From positions 42,470,001 through 42,534,000 of the forward strand of contig OX597818.1 in assembly GCA_951406725.2 (NCBI GenBank): a stretch of DNA of 64,000 nucleotides, written 5' to 3'. The DNA is from Octopus vulgaris (taxonomy: Eukaryota). A model generated the notes under the pieces. The model was not told where the DNA came from. It saw only the letters and a list, made by a program, of their open reading frames with translations, and made no database searches. Both the position numbers and the translations under genes were made by a program. This document shows positions 41,146 through 54,201 of the stretch, piece after piece (within the stretch, counting starts at the first letter, position 1; each line of letters starts with the position of its first letter).

Positions 41146-41354
41146 TAAAGATATAAAATTGAACCAGCACATGTATATATTACTGGCCTAATAACCCTCC
41201 TGAAACACAACAAAACCTGTTTCAATACACAATTTTACATTTAGAATCTTGCAAACCAAACAATAAATAATTTATCTGCCATCGGTTATCATGTAAACCA
41301 GTTCTACCTGTTTTATGCTCATGCCAAATAAGTAAGTAAACAAGTAACACCATT

Positions 41355-42990
41355 ATATAATGAGATTATTGTATACACTGCTCAGGAGCACCACAACTTG
41401 TCAAAAGTTTGTATAAAGCATATGCAGTAATGTACAAATGTCTGGAAAGCGAACAGTGTATGAGTCAGATACATGCTTGCGTGTGTATGGAGGGGAGAAA
41501 ATCAGGTGTAGTGTTGGCGAATCTCATGAAGCATGGAAGTTTTGAAGGATGCAGTACTCCGACAACTAACAACTGATGCCGGCAGTTTGTTCCATGCTTC
41601 AGCAACTCTTAGTGTGAAAAAATGTTTCTGAAAGTCATGGGAGCTGTGCTGTTTTCTGACTTTGTAAACATGTCCACGGGTGTTAGACAGATGGAGTTTG
41701 AAAAGGTGCTCAGAGTTATTGTTTGTAAGATGGTTAATAATTTTATGGGTGTCTGCCAAGTCAGCTGCCAGACATCGGAGTTTCACTGTGTCCATGCCCA
41801 GGGAAGTAAGGCGTTCAGAATATAGCAAATGCCTGATGGAGGGTATTCTCTTCATTGCACGTCACTGAACGGCTTCCAGACGATTAATATCCTGGGCAAT
41901 ATAGGGGTTCCAGACCGGTGATGCAAATTCCAGGTGGGGTCGTACCATAGCTATATAAAGCCGCAGATAGATAGCTGGAGAGCAGCTCACAAAGGACTTG
42001 GTGAGTGATGCCAAGATACCCTTAGCCTTCTTGGCAATTTTAGCGATGTCCAACATAAATCGCTGTTGACAATAACACCCAGGTCACGTTTACAAGAAGA
42101 CTTTTTGAGATTAGTGTTGTGGAGGGAGTAAGTAGAAGCTGGGTTTTTCCTCCCAAAATGCATGGTGGTACATTTGTCCACAGCCAGCTTGAGTTGCCAG
42201 TCCATGATCCACTGCTGCATTGTGTCCAGGTATGATTGCAATAGAGATCTATAGTGTACAGGATCTGACCTCTTTATTTCGAGGTACAGCTTGATGTCAT
42301 CTGCATATTTCAGCACTGTGGCATTCTTTAAGTTGGCATCTATGTCATTAAAATATGCAACAAATAAAAGGGGGCCAAGAACAGATCCCTGTGGTACACC
42401 AGATGTCATCTCATAGGGTGAAGAGTGCTGTCCTAGAACTGTGACAACCTCTTTTCAGTCGATAATAAAGTACTTCAACCAGTTATAGAGATCGTCTCTT
42501 ACACCCATCGCAGAGAGTTTCACCATAAGTTAAAAGAGTTAAAAGCCTTATCAAAGTCCAGGTAAACAACATCCACCCAGGATCTGCAATCAGTGATTCA
42601 GGTAATGTCCTCAAGAAACTCGATGAGTTGATTACAGCAGCTGGACTTAGGAATAAAACCAAATTGTGACAGCTGGATGAGGCTGTGAGACTTCCAGAAG
42701 TTCCAGAGGGTTTCTCTGACACAGGATTCCATCAGTTTGGCGATGCAGCTAGTAAGACTAATGGGGCGATAGTTGACAGGCAATGTGCGGTCACCTTTTT
42801 TGAACAGAGGGATAACACTGGCAGTTTTCCACTGCTCTGGAGCAACACTATTGTCAAGACAGAATTGGAAGAATAGAGAAAGTTGGCTTAGAAGAAAGTA
42901 CCCACCGCATTTGAGAAGTAGGCATGTAACACCATCGAGACCAGGAGAGGCATAGTTGCGTTTATTCTTAAGGTGGTGTTGTAGCATTGC
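41355..42990 (-). mobile_element. CR1 LINE ORF2 (RT) with frameshifts and 3' UTR
   Basis: SPGLDG..NYRPISLTS..QFGF; SGVPQGSVLGPLLF..KYADDIKL; VRPHLEFASPVWNPY; RVAEAWNKLP. Confidence 0.92.
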
Positions 42991-43177
42991 TGGTATAGAT
43001 TTCATAACAGAGAGATTAATAGCTAGGTAGACACATACATAAACCTACACATACGCATACATGCACACACACACACACACACACACTACTCACATACAGA
43101 CAGGCAAACTGATGGATAAACAGACAGACAAATATAAACATGTATGCACATGCACACACACACACGCATGCATGCAT

Positions 43178-43228
<51 letters not shown>

Positions 43229-43449
43229 CACGTGCACACATACACGCATGAGGTAAAAACTGATTTCAGGATGCTGAACATCACAGAAGAGAATCAACCG
43301 ACTCCAACAATTGGTATCATGCTATCCTGGAGAAAACCTGCTCTCCCAGGCAAGCACAGCAGAGAGAAAACTAACAAGGGAGAGTTGATAACCGAGTGGT
43401 TCTCACTCCATTCAACTTCTCTCTCTATCCCTCTCATTAACCCTTAGCA

Positions 43450-43865
43450 CTATTTCTTTACTACCCACAATGGGCTACACACAGAGGGGACAAACAAGGA
43501 CAGACAAATGGATTAAGTCGATTATATTGACCCCAGTGTGTAACTGGTATTTATTTAATCGACCCTGAAAGGAGGAAAGGCAAAGTTGACCTCGGCAGAA
43601 TTTGAACTCAGAACGTAACGGCAGACGAAATACCTATTTCTTTACTACCCACAAGGGGCTAAACACAGAGAGGACAAACAAGGACAGACAAACGGATTAA
43701 GTCGATTATATTGACTCCAGTGCATAACTGGTACTTATTTAATTAAGTCTGAAAGGATGAAAGGCAAAGTCGACCTCAGTGGAATTTGAACTCAGAACGT
43801 AACGGCAGACAAAATACAGCTATGCATTTCGCCCGGCATGCTAACGTCTCTGCCAGCTCGCCGCC
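43450..43865 (-). mobile_element. SINE family C with tandemly duplicated 3' half
   Basis: Head ggcggcgagctggcagagacgttagc; 43450-43635 repeats 43634-43815. Confidence 0.85.
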
Positions 43866-43927
43866 TTTCCTCTATACTATCCATACTCCCTTATCTCATA
43901 GCATCTACTCTGTTTTTCATTTCACTG

Positions 43928-43958
<31 letters not shown>

Positions 43959-44089
43959 ATACCAAAACTGTTTCTTTTATCCTATTCCACCCTCTCTTAC
44001 GACATTGGCTAAAATCATCACCCTCTTATTCTCTGTCCAGTTAAGGAATCACTCTGCAGGCTCTTTAGTTTTGCAGGTTGTAATGCAAA

Positions 44090-44370
44090 TTTGTTTAGTC
44101 TGGTGTCATAACAAATGCACCTAATGCCTTTTGTAAAGTGGCTGGCATTCGATAAGGCATCCAATTGCAAGAACCATGCCAAAACTGAGAAATATGAGTT
44201 AAATGCAAGAATCATATTCACCAGATTTTGTAGAATCAACCAACCCACCCATGGCAGCATGGAAAGCAGATGCAAAATGACGATGATGATGATGGTGGTG
44301 GTGGTGGTCGTGGTTTTGGTGGTGGTCGTGGTTTTGGTGGTGGTCGTGGTTTTGGTGGTGGTCGTGGTGA
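44090..44370 (+). repeat. Diverged RTE-tail repeat followed by an 18-bp minisatellite (gtggtggtcgtggttttg)
   Basis: Direct reading. Confidence 0.7.
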
Positions 44371-44626
44371 TTTAGTCAGATATCCAATTTTTAATAATAA
44401 ACAATAATTTGCAAGTGTTTGCTTCAGTGTAATAAACGGGTCCTTACAAGTCCTGTGTGTAGAGCATTACAACATAGCAAGTAAAAACTTAAATGTCATT
44501 TCAGTAAGTACCACAAATTAGCAAGCACTAACACTCACACACACATCTATACACATACACACTCACACATACACATGCGTGTGTGTGTGTATGTGTGTAT
44601 CTATCTATCTATCTATCTATCTCTCT

Positions 44627-44880
44627 TGCCAGTGGCATGTAAAAAGCACCATCCGACCGTGGCCGTTTGCCAGCCCCATCTGGCACCTGTGCTGGTGGCA
44701 CATAAAAAGCACCCACTACACTCACAGAGTGGTTAGCGTTAGGAAGGGCATCCAGCCGTAGAAACATTGCCAGATCAGACTGGGCCTGGTGCAGCCTTCT
44801 GGCCTCCCAGACCCCAGTTGAACCGTCCAACCCATGCTAGCATGGAAAGCGAACGCTAAATGATGATGATGATGATGATG
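44627..44880 (+). mobile_element. RTE 3' UTR-derived repeat
   Basis: Matches 10050-10300 and the reverse complement of 63703-64000. Confidence 0.85.
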
Positions 44881-44896
44881 AAGATATATATATATA

Positions 44897-45240
44897 TAAT
44901 ACAAATAAGAAAATGGAGAAACAATTTAGTTGATTTATCAACTTTAGGATATTAGAATGTTGACTTATTTATTTAACACTCGTTTTGTTAAATAAATAAG
45001 TCAACATTCTAATATCCTAAAGCTGATAAACCAACTAAACTGTTTCTCCATTTTCTTATTTGAATTATAAATTAATGGTAAAATATTTCTTTACCTTCAC
45101 CCATTTAATACAATAAGTAAGTTAATTGCATTGCAATTAAAAACACTTGTGTATTAATAATTTGGGTATTATACCAACAGTATATTGGATAAGTATTATC
45201 CCTTAGTGGGTTGGATCCACAACCCCTAACTTACTTGGTG
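44897..45240 (-). repeat. Repeat family D copy with a terminal fold-back (44898-44977 / 44986-45065)
   Basis: Direct reading. Confidence 0.8.
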
Positions 45241-45295
45241 TTATATATATATATACGAAAGAAGGTTTGAAAATGCAATTTTAAAAGATGTTTAT

Positions 45296-45340
45296 TTACT
45301 TTACCGGTTTCACTCTTTAGAAAAAGATTGTCAAAAGTAA
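45296..45340 (-). ncRNA. Type I hammerhead, U3:A8 core variant
   Basis: TTACTT-TTGACAA-TCTTT ttct AAAGA gt-GAA-ACCGGT-A-AAGTAA. Confidence 0.65.
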
Positions 45341-45512
45341 CATGTAAAAGTTTGGTTGTGTTAATTATTGGTTGTCACAAAATGCTACAATACATATATA
45401 CAGTCTTTGGTAAAAAGAACATGTTAAGGACATAAAAAAGTTTAACAAGTTCGTTAACATATTGGCACAAAAGATTACAACATAAATATACATTCTCAAG
45501 AAAATGTTAAAG

Positions 45513-45782
45513 ATAGTTTCCAGAAGGAATTATTAAAATGTTCAGTGGAATATTGGTATACATGCACAGAATATTATGAGTTCAAAAAAGTTTACATTAT
45601 AGTAGTAGGAAAGCTCATGTTATCGTAAAAGACTTTTATGATAACATGGTGGACCAGGTCAGTTTGAGCTTCCCTACTACTATAATGTAAACTTTTTTGA
45701 ACTCATAATATTCTGTGCATGTATACCAATATTCCACTGAACTTTTTAGTAATTCCTTCTGGAAACTATCCTTAACATTTCC
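45513..45782. repeat. Fold-back (45513-45617 / 45666-45780) at the far end of the HHR-bearing unit
   Basis: gatagtttccagaaggaatta...gaaagctca pairs with tgagcttcc...taattccttctggaaactatc. Confidence 0.85.
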
Positions 45783-45882
45783 TCCAGACATTTCCATAAC
45801 TTGTCATGATCAATGCTGTCAAAGGCTTTGGAGTAATCGATGAAACACATGTACAGCACATATCATCATCATCATCATCATC

Positions 45883-45936
<54 letters not shown>

Positions 45937-46327
45937 GTGTGTGCTAATCCATTAGCCCCAAAACCTTTTACAGGGATATTTATTCAAGATACACTAGTTT
46001 AATATATTAAACTTTGAAGAGATAATTCTTTAATGAATATATTATGTAGAATATCGTAAGATATCAAACATTTTTATGAGTTAGAAACAGAGATCTAATG
46101 AAGACACAATTAATTTATTAAGTCATAATATTTTGATAATGTGCATATACGCTTAAGATCTAATGACATAACTTTAGAACAAAATATCTTGACCGAAAAT
46201 TCTAAGATTTTTCAATTCTATTTCACTATTATCAGCATTTGCTGTTTCATTAAATTATGTTACCCAACATCCCAAAAGAATATTTTTCTCCCTCATGTTC
46301 TATCCTCGACCAGCCTAACTCTGGTCC

Positions 46328-46358
<31 letters not shown>

Positions 46359-46909
46359 TTGTCTTACTCTCTGTCTCTCTCTCCGTTTCGATAACCACTT
46401 GCTTTTTCACCACTCCCCCCTCCTCCTCCACCCCACCCTATATAGCAAATGCACTCCGATTGCGCTACTTCATTTCAATAACTCCGCCAAAAGAATACAA
46501 ATCCAGAAGATGTTCAGATAAGAAATCTTGTTCCTTTTTTTTTTTTTTTTTCTTTTTTTCAACTTCGTACATCTACACCTCTCTTTCTGTGCAGATCATT
46601 TTTTCTTGGCTTTATTGAGAAAATCCTATAGTTTGTAACATATTTCCACTTTCATACATAGGAAAAGGGAAGCAAGTTGACATTCTGCTTCAATCAGAAA
46701 AATGATGAAAAGATAACACGTGCATAGTTTTCTCTGTTTATTCAACTAATATTTTATATTTTTTCATATTACAGAACACCCTTAATATAAAAAGTGATTT
46801 TTTAATTTTAAAAATAGCTGTATAATATGAACATGTCAATCAGATTCAAATATCTATGTGAGAGAAAATTTTGGTCATTGCTTCCCCAGCCAGAAAGATC
46901 ACCGCACGC

Positions 46910-46960
<51 letters not shown>

Positions 46961-46964
46961 TTAA

Positions 46965-47437
46965 ATCAAATTCGATGACTGGCATCCGTGCTAGTGGAGC
47001 ACTCTAAGAGTACCATCCGAGCGTTATTGTTGCCAGAGCAACAAGCTGGCTTCCATGCCAGTGGCATGTAAAAAGCACCATTCGAGCGTGATCATTACCT
47101 GCATCGCCTTACTGGCACTTGTACTGGTGGCACGGGAAAAAACATTTCAGTGAGATCGTTGCCAGTGCTGCTGGACTGGCTCCTGTGCAGGTGGCACATA
47201 AAAAGCACCATTTGAGCGTGGCCATTGCCAGTACCGCCTGACTGGCTCTCATGCCAGTGGCACATAAAAGCACCCATTACACTCTTGGAGAGGTCGGCAT
47301 TAGGAAGGGCATCCAGCTGTAGATGCTCTGTCAGATCAGATTGGAGCCTGGTGCAGCCATCTGGTTTGCCAGACCTCAGTCAAATCGTCCAACCCATGCT
47401 AACATGGAAAGTGGACGTTAAATGATGATGATGATGA
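46965..47437 (+). mobile_element. RTE 3' UTR-derived repeat with internal tandem subrepeats
   Basis: Repeated gccagtggca..taaaaagcaccatt units; (GAT)n tail. Confidence 0.85.
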
Positions 47438-47529
47438 TATATATATATACATACACACACATTTAGTTTGTACTTGCTGCATTAGGGTGTAATCGCCCTG
47501 TCTGAATACAAGTAAAAATCCTACAACTG

Positions 47530-47910
47530 ATTGCCTATAAAACAACTGAAAGGAACCAAATATATTTACCTACAAACAAGGGCAGAAGGATAATGTTCCT
47601 GCTAGAGTTCACATTCAAAGCCATTATAACTGGATAGTACAAATCAAAGGACACTTATAAGCTCTCACTCCAAAACTGATATAAATGTCATCCAGAACCA
47701 GTCACTGAAGTACAAATAAATACCTATACAATGAAACTTCCTAGAGTATATAAGGAATGGGAGATCAAAGCAAATGAGCTGAATAGTAAAAATTGTCTAC
47801 AGGACATGCCTACTAACAGATTTTAATCCTTTGGACAATCATTCAAACATTTTTAGAAATTAGTTAAGTATTAAGATTTGAGATTAGAAATACAGAAACT
47901 GCTGGATTAA
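47530..47910 (+). mobile_element. Highly decayed R4/Dong-like LINE fragment
   Basis: Remnants EIKAN...KY*DLRLEIQKL. Confidence 0.45.
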
Positions 47911-48075
47911 AAAAATCTTGATAGACTTGGATTAATGAATAAAGAAAAATCATACAATCACTATTGCACATACTTTGTATAATACAGTTTCCATGCAAAC
48001 CAAGCTCAAAGACTGATTTTTATTTATATGTTCTTTCATAAATGTTATATATTTATATTGTCATTTGATAGTATT

Positions 48076-48286
48076 TACTCTTTTACTCTTTTACTTGTTT
48101 CAGTCATTTGACTGCAGCCATGCTGGAGCACCGCCTTTAGTCGAGCAAATCGACCCCAGGACTTATTCTTTGTAAGCCTAGTACTTATTCTATCGGTCTC
48201 TTTTGCCGAACCGCTAAGTGACGGGGACGTAAACACACCAGCATTGGTTGTCAAGCAATGCTAAGGAGACAAACGCAGACACACAA

Positions 48287-48317
<31 letters not shown>

Positions 48318-48488
48318 CATATATACGACAGGCTTCTTTCAGTTTCCGTCTACCAAATCCACTCACAAGGCATTGGTCGGCCCGAGGCTATAGTAGAAGA
48401 CACTTGCCCAAAGTGCCACGCAGTGGGACTGAACCCGGAACCATGTGGTTGGTTAGCAAGCTACTTACCACACAGCCACTCCTGCGCC
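48076..48488 (-). mobile_element. SINE family A
   Basis: Full-length reverse complement. Confidence 0.9.
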
Positions 48489-48550
48489 CTTTTGATATCT
48501 CTTTCTAAATCCTTCTGTCTAACTAAAATTATGTCTCTATAGTTAAAGAC

Positions 48551-48897
48551 TTACTCTTTACTCTTTTACTTGTTTCAGTCATTTGACTGCGGCCAAGCTG
48601 GAGCACCACCATTAGTCTAGGAAATCAACCCCAGGACTTATTCTTTGTAAGCCTAGTACTTAATCTATTGGTCTCTTTTGCCGAATCACTAAGTTACGAG
48701 GATGTAAACACTCCAGTGTCAGTTGTCAAGCGATGTTGGGGGGACAGACACAGACATACAAACACATACACATATATATATACATATACATATATACGAC
48801 AAGCTTCTTTCAGTTTCCGTTTACCAAATCCACTCACAAGGCTTTGATCAGCCTGAGGCTATAGTAGAAGATGCTACTCACTACACAGCCACTCCTG
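48551..48897 (-). mobile_element. SINE family A with an internal deletion in the head
   Basis: Matches 48076-48488. Confidence 0.85.
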
Positions 48898-49491
48898 TTT
48901 ATTTTATTTTGTTTTATTTTTTTATTTTTTTTACTTACTTCAGTCATTGGACTACCACCATGCTGGGAGTATTTCCCTGAAAGGTTTTAGCCAAAGAAAT
49001 CTATCCAAGTGCTTATGTTTTTTTAAGTCTGGTACTTATATTATTGCTCCTTATCAAATGGTGGCTGGGATGTCAAACATCCACTCATTGCAAATAGCTG
49101 ACAGGTAGCTGAAAGTTTAACATTCTTATTCTAGGGGAATTTTTCATTAAGATAATTAAAAAATGTTTCTCAAAGATAACAAACAGATCTTAGACTAAGA
49201 TGTTGTTGAAATAGATATCTCAATAAAGACCTTCATCATAGACTCTTCATCAGAAGAGTCTATGAAACATTAATTTAATTAATAATGTTTTCATAAACTG
49301 GCTAGGAATCTTAGACCCATGTCTACTCCATCATAGTAACAGAAGTTAGAAACTGTAAGGCTAACAACTTCAAAAATTATCAAGCAATCGCATTTCAGTA
49401 TGGCAACCAAGACATGTATGTGAATCAGCAGTGATGAAAAAATTGATTGCAGTGAAAAAAGGACAGTCTTCTACAAAGTAAAGTAAGTTAC

Positions 49492-49605
49492 CTGGTGCAG
49501 CAATGTACAAAAGTATTTTCAAAAACATCTGGAAAGAAATTTATCTCATCAAAGCTGTAAACGGTGACCCTCACCATTTCTCTATCTTTTGTCAACAAAG
49601 TTATC
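49492..49605 (-). CDS. Putative internal exon (ITLLTKDREMVRVTVYSFDEINFFPDVFENTFVHCCT)
   Basis: Bounded by atgcag and CAG|gtaact, 114 nt open, phase 2/2, unique sequence. Confidence 0.4.
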
Positions 49606-49699
49606 CTGCATTACCAAGGACTTGCAGATGTAAAAAAATCATTGTGTACGTGACAAACATAAAAAGCTAATATGGACTCTTTAATGAAATAACATGCAG

Positions 49700-50945
49700 T
49701 AAGTATGAATCCTAATTGCACTTCCTATAAAACCTGCTCTGCTAGGAAATTTGACAGTATCTCACTACTTTTTCTAACTCCAGGTTTGAATTCTTTGGAT
49801 AGTGTGTAATGTTGAGAACACATATACCTTCTATGTTTTTGTTTATATGTTTTTTATCATGTTCCACATCTTGAATACTTCAATTTCGATGTCTTTGTAC
49901 TTTGACAATTTCTCCACTTTTCTGGGGACAATATTTTGGTCAGAAGGGACTACAATGTCTATCAGTAAGCAGGTGTTTCTCTTCCAATCCTTGATTATTA
50001 TATCTGGGGAATTAGCTTTTATTTCTTTTTTTTTGGTTTGAACAGCCATATCCCAGATGATTGTGGCTTGGTGATTGTCTTGTACCGTGTTTTAATGACT
50101 TGTGATTCATTTTCCCATGTTATACTGGCTTTCTAGTTTGTCATTACATGTTTGATATATTTTAGTAGTGTTGGAGCTACTTTATTTGTGTGGAGAGATT
50201 CCGATATCTATGAGTGTGGAACATTGTTGAATGCTTTCTGGTAATCAATCCTAATCATTTTCAGGTTCATTTTTCTCCTCTTACAGTCCTCTATAATGGC
50301 TCGGATTACCAGAAGCTGCTCCATACAACCATACATTCCTCTCTTTCACCCCTTTTGTTCTTCTGGTAAAACATTGAAAACTGATGTGAGGGTTTTGTAG
50401 GATATTGGCAGGCATGTTATTGGTCTATAATTTTGTGGTTGTATAGTGTCTTTGTTTTTGAGAATTAGGGTGGTTTGTCCTTTCAGCGTCCAGTTTGGTG
50501 TTGATTTTGTCTTCTTATTAATAAATTAAATACTGCCACTATGTGGGTATAGGTACTGGTGAGGTGTTTCAACCAGAAGTTGGGGATCTTATCTATCCCT
50601 GGAGTTTTCCAGTTGCTGGTAGTCCTCAGTGTGTCTGTGATCTCTTGATTTATGATGGTGGGCCATACCTGTGGTGCTATTTTGTTCTTCCTTTGCTTTT
50701 CCCTATTTATCCACTAAGCATTTTTGTTGCGTTTTTCCTGCTTGCTCCATATTCCTTCCCAGTATGACTGAATCATTGATGTTGTTGGCATGTCATCTAT
50801 TGATATAGTTTTTTTTTTTAACTTTCTGTAAAATTTTCTCATGTTTATTTTAAATTCTCTATTTTCTTGGAAGAAGCATTCCCATTTTTCATTTGTGTTG
50901 TATATGGTCAGTTTTTGCTGCTGAGCCCTGATTAATTTTTTTATT
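49700..50945 (-). mobile_element. R4/Dong-clade LINE, internally deleted (RT and RLE remnants)
   Basis: PQNYRPITCLP, GMYGCMEQLL; KANSPDIIIKDW..CLLIDIVVPSD..EKLSKYKD. Confidence 0.85.
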
Positions 50946-51688
50946 TTACTTCCCATACAGATGAGTATGTAAAAAGTGAATTTTTAATGACATTCCACAT
51001 CCCATCTTTTCATAAGATTTAAGCACGAGTTCACAGTGGTTTTCAGCTTCATGGTTTCCAAGAAAATTTTTGTCAACTTCAATAAAAGATGTCCATGCTC
51101 TAAGTTCGTTCTCATTTAGATTGGATGGAAGCGAAGAGTCGTTGATGACACTGTGGATTTGTGGTCCAGTGAAAACTCCAGCTTCTAGATTAGCATCTGT
51201 CAATATTCCTTTGAATTTATTCTTTAAATATTGGAAATTACTACCTTGATGATCCAAACCTTCACGAAATTTTTTTCATAAGGCCAAGTTTAGTATGAAG
51301 TGGTGGAAGATATACTTTCAGAGGGTCAATAAGTCCTTGGTGTTTCACATTGTGTTTCCAACAATATATTCAGTTCTAGATGGCCAATCACATTTTTCAT
51401 AGTGGTTCTTGTCATCTCTGCTGTTCCATAGACACAAAAAGCACACATGCTTTGAGTAACCCAATTGTAACCCAGGAAGTAATGATACAGCTTTAAGGTC
51501 ACCACAAATATTTCATATGTGGTTCTTATATCTGATGAGTCTTAGCAGCAGTTCCATTGATTCATAAGTCTCATTAAGGCCAGTGGCATGTGCTACAGGC
51601 ATTGAATTTTTGTCATTGCCATAGTGCAGTAATACATCTTTAAGGCTAGCTTTACTAGAGTCAGTGAGCAGTCTCCATTCTTTTGGAT

Positions 51689-52793
51689 TGTAACCTGGTT
51701 GTAACCAGGTCACCAATTTCAGCTCATCATAAAAATTGAAAATGGAAAGGAGAAAATAGACTTGCAAGTTTAACTTCATGTTTATTGAACAAGAGAAATG
51801 TAAAATTTAAGATGTGACTTGTTCTAATATACATGTCTGAAGGAGTCATAACTGAGCATGACACAAATCCCAAAGAATTGGTAATACATACTTTAAAGTG
51901 TTCTATAAAGAGAACATAAGATTGCTGCATAATTCAGCATGAAAGAGGAATGGCATTTATGTCGTGTAAGTTAACAAATATTTAGTAGAGGCGCAATGGC
52001 CTAGTGGTTAGGGCAGCGGACTCGCGGTCGTAGGATCGCGGTTTCGATTCCCAGACCGGGCGTTGTGAGTGTTTATTGAGCGAAAACACCTAAAGCTCCA
52101 TGAGGCTCCGGCAGGGATGGTGGTGATCCCTGCTGTACTCTTTCACCACAACTTTCTCTCACTCTTACTTCCTGTTTCTGTTGTACCTGTATTTCAAGGG
52201 GCCGGCCTTGTCACTCTCTGTGTCACGCTGAATATCCCCGAGAACTACGTTAAGGGTACACGTGTCTGTGGAATGCTCAGCCACTTACACGTTAATTTCA
52301 CGAGCAGGCTGTTCCGTTGATCAGATCAACCGGAACCCTCGTCGTCGTAACCGACGGAGTGCTTCCATCCATCCATCCAACGAATACTTCTAAAGGAACA
52401 CTGAAGTCATATTCACTTAGTGAGTTCATTGTGCCAGGATGTTTTAGGAAGTTGACAGTGTCAGCGTTGGATGTCGAAGTCTGTGTGCAAGCTCAACTCC
52501 TCAGCTGAGTAAAACTGCTCTGTTTAAAGAAACTGGTAGGCTACAAAAAAGAGATGAAAGTTTTTTTTGCCAAGAGAACACGTGATCCATTATAGTGCAT
52601 CTGATTAGTTGACCGTGTAATTTGGCGCAATTGTTTAGGGGACAATTTGCACCTAAAAACTAACCAATCAGAACAATGGTTACAAGCTGGTCTTTATAGC
52701 TAAGTGTTCTCTACTATGTCCAAACAACAACTATAATTCCCAGTGAGAGAAAATAATTTGTTTTCTTTTATTTTGTCAATCCATTCAGCTACA
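51689..52793 (-). mobile_element. Solo LTR-like insertion (TGT...ACA, 4-bp TSD GGAT)
   Basis: Removing it restores the transposase frame GFRYDPKEWR; TSD at 51685-51688 and 52794-52797; minus-strand AATAAA at 51781-51786. Confidence 0.8.
51985..52378 (+). mobile_element. SINE family B inside the LTR, (CCAT)n tail
   Basis: Matches 38315-38697. Confidence 0.92.
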
Positions 52794-52919
52794 GGATCGT
52801 AGCGAAAGCCAATCTTTTCCATCAGATCACTGATATCGTGGCAGAAACAAATGTTTTCTTCCTGTAAGTAAAATGAGGAAAATTGCAAATAGTGATGGCG
52901 GAAATGGGAAACTTTGGTT

Positions 52920-53322
52920 TGCGTGATCGTTGCCAGTACAGCTAACTGGCTTCTTTGCCAGTGGCACATAAAAAACACCATTCGAGTGTGATCGTTACCA
53001 GCGTCGCCTTACTGGCACGTGAAAAAACATTCGAGTGAGGTCGTTGCCAGTGCCACTGGACTGGTTCCTGTGCAGGTGGCATGTAAAAAATACCATTTAA
53101 GTGTGACTGTTGCCAGTACAGCCTGATTGGCCCTCGTGCTGGTGGCATGTAAAAACACCCACTACACTCTCGGAGTGGTTGGCATTAGGAAAAGCATCCA
53201 GCTGTAGAAACTCTGCCAAATCAAGATTGGAGCCTAGTGCAGCTATCTGGTTCGCTAGTCCCCAGTCAAATCATCCAACCCATTCTAGCATGGAAAGCAG
53301 ACATTAAACGATGATGATGATG
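52920..53322 (+). mobile_element. RTE 3' UTR-derived repeat inside Chapaev3
   Basis: Matches 46965-47437. Confidence 0.85.
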
Positions 53323-54201
53323 GTGTTTGGCTGCAGAAAATTCCATTCTTGAAGTCTGGAATCAAGCAATTCTGCCTTTTCTTTTAGTAATTCCAAACTT
53401 TGCTTTATTAACAAAATGTGGGGAACTAGCTGCATCTGGAAAATATATGCGATATTTCTCTATATGTATAACACTAGCCGAATCTTTCGATGACCTGCTG
53501 TCTGTTGTCGTTGCTCATGGAACTGGTGGTGGATTTCTTCCATCATATGGTACTGGTTTTATTGCCGATTCACAGTTTGGGTACGTGATTTTGGTTTGTT
53601 TGTTTTTTTGTGTGAAAACATCAATTTTTGTCAAACAAAAATAACAACCATTGAAGTGATTTTTCGGCTTATGCCAAACCATGGGGACTGAGAACAGCTT
53701 GGCATAGTTTTTCTTTTACCATTCATCCAAGCTATTGACATTGCATTGCACTGTGCATAGCAAATATGTGGTGCCCAGTCCTTCTCTTGCTCTCCTAACT
53801 TTGCACAAGCATGTCTATTTGATTGCATTTTAATTACCATACAATATCTAAAAAAAAAAAACATAGAAAGTAATAATTACAACGTACAAAATAAAAAGAA
53901 ATACATGACATAGAGTGTGCTATAAAAACTCACAAGTTACCACAGCCAGTTATTTTCATACCAGCTGAGAGATTAAACAACCGCTTTACTTGACTAAAAT
54001 GTAGCAACTGACTGTTGGGCTATTACTATGTTCTATGTTCTTGACTCAGTGTTACCAACTTGCGATAAATTTTATTGATCAAAATTGTTAGAATTTGTAT
54101 TGTTATGGCGAGAATCATGACACCCCCTGTGGGAATGGACTAGTTGAACTCATATAAGTAGCAGTGTATTTGACTGAGAGCAAGAGATGAGAAATCGCAG
54201 G

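Noticed and set aside
45945-46912. Possible DNA transposon remnant
   Set aside because: Only one terminus-like end, with no TIR partner or ORF.
46965-47300. CRISPR-like repeat-spacer pattern (gccagtggca..aaaagcacc)
   Set aside because: Imperfect subrepeats of an RTE 3' UTR found at several loci; eukaryotic context and no cas genes.
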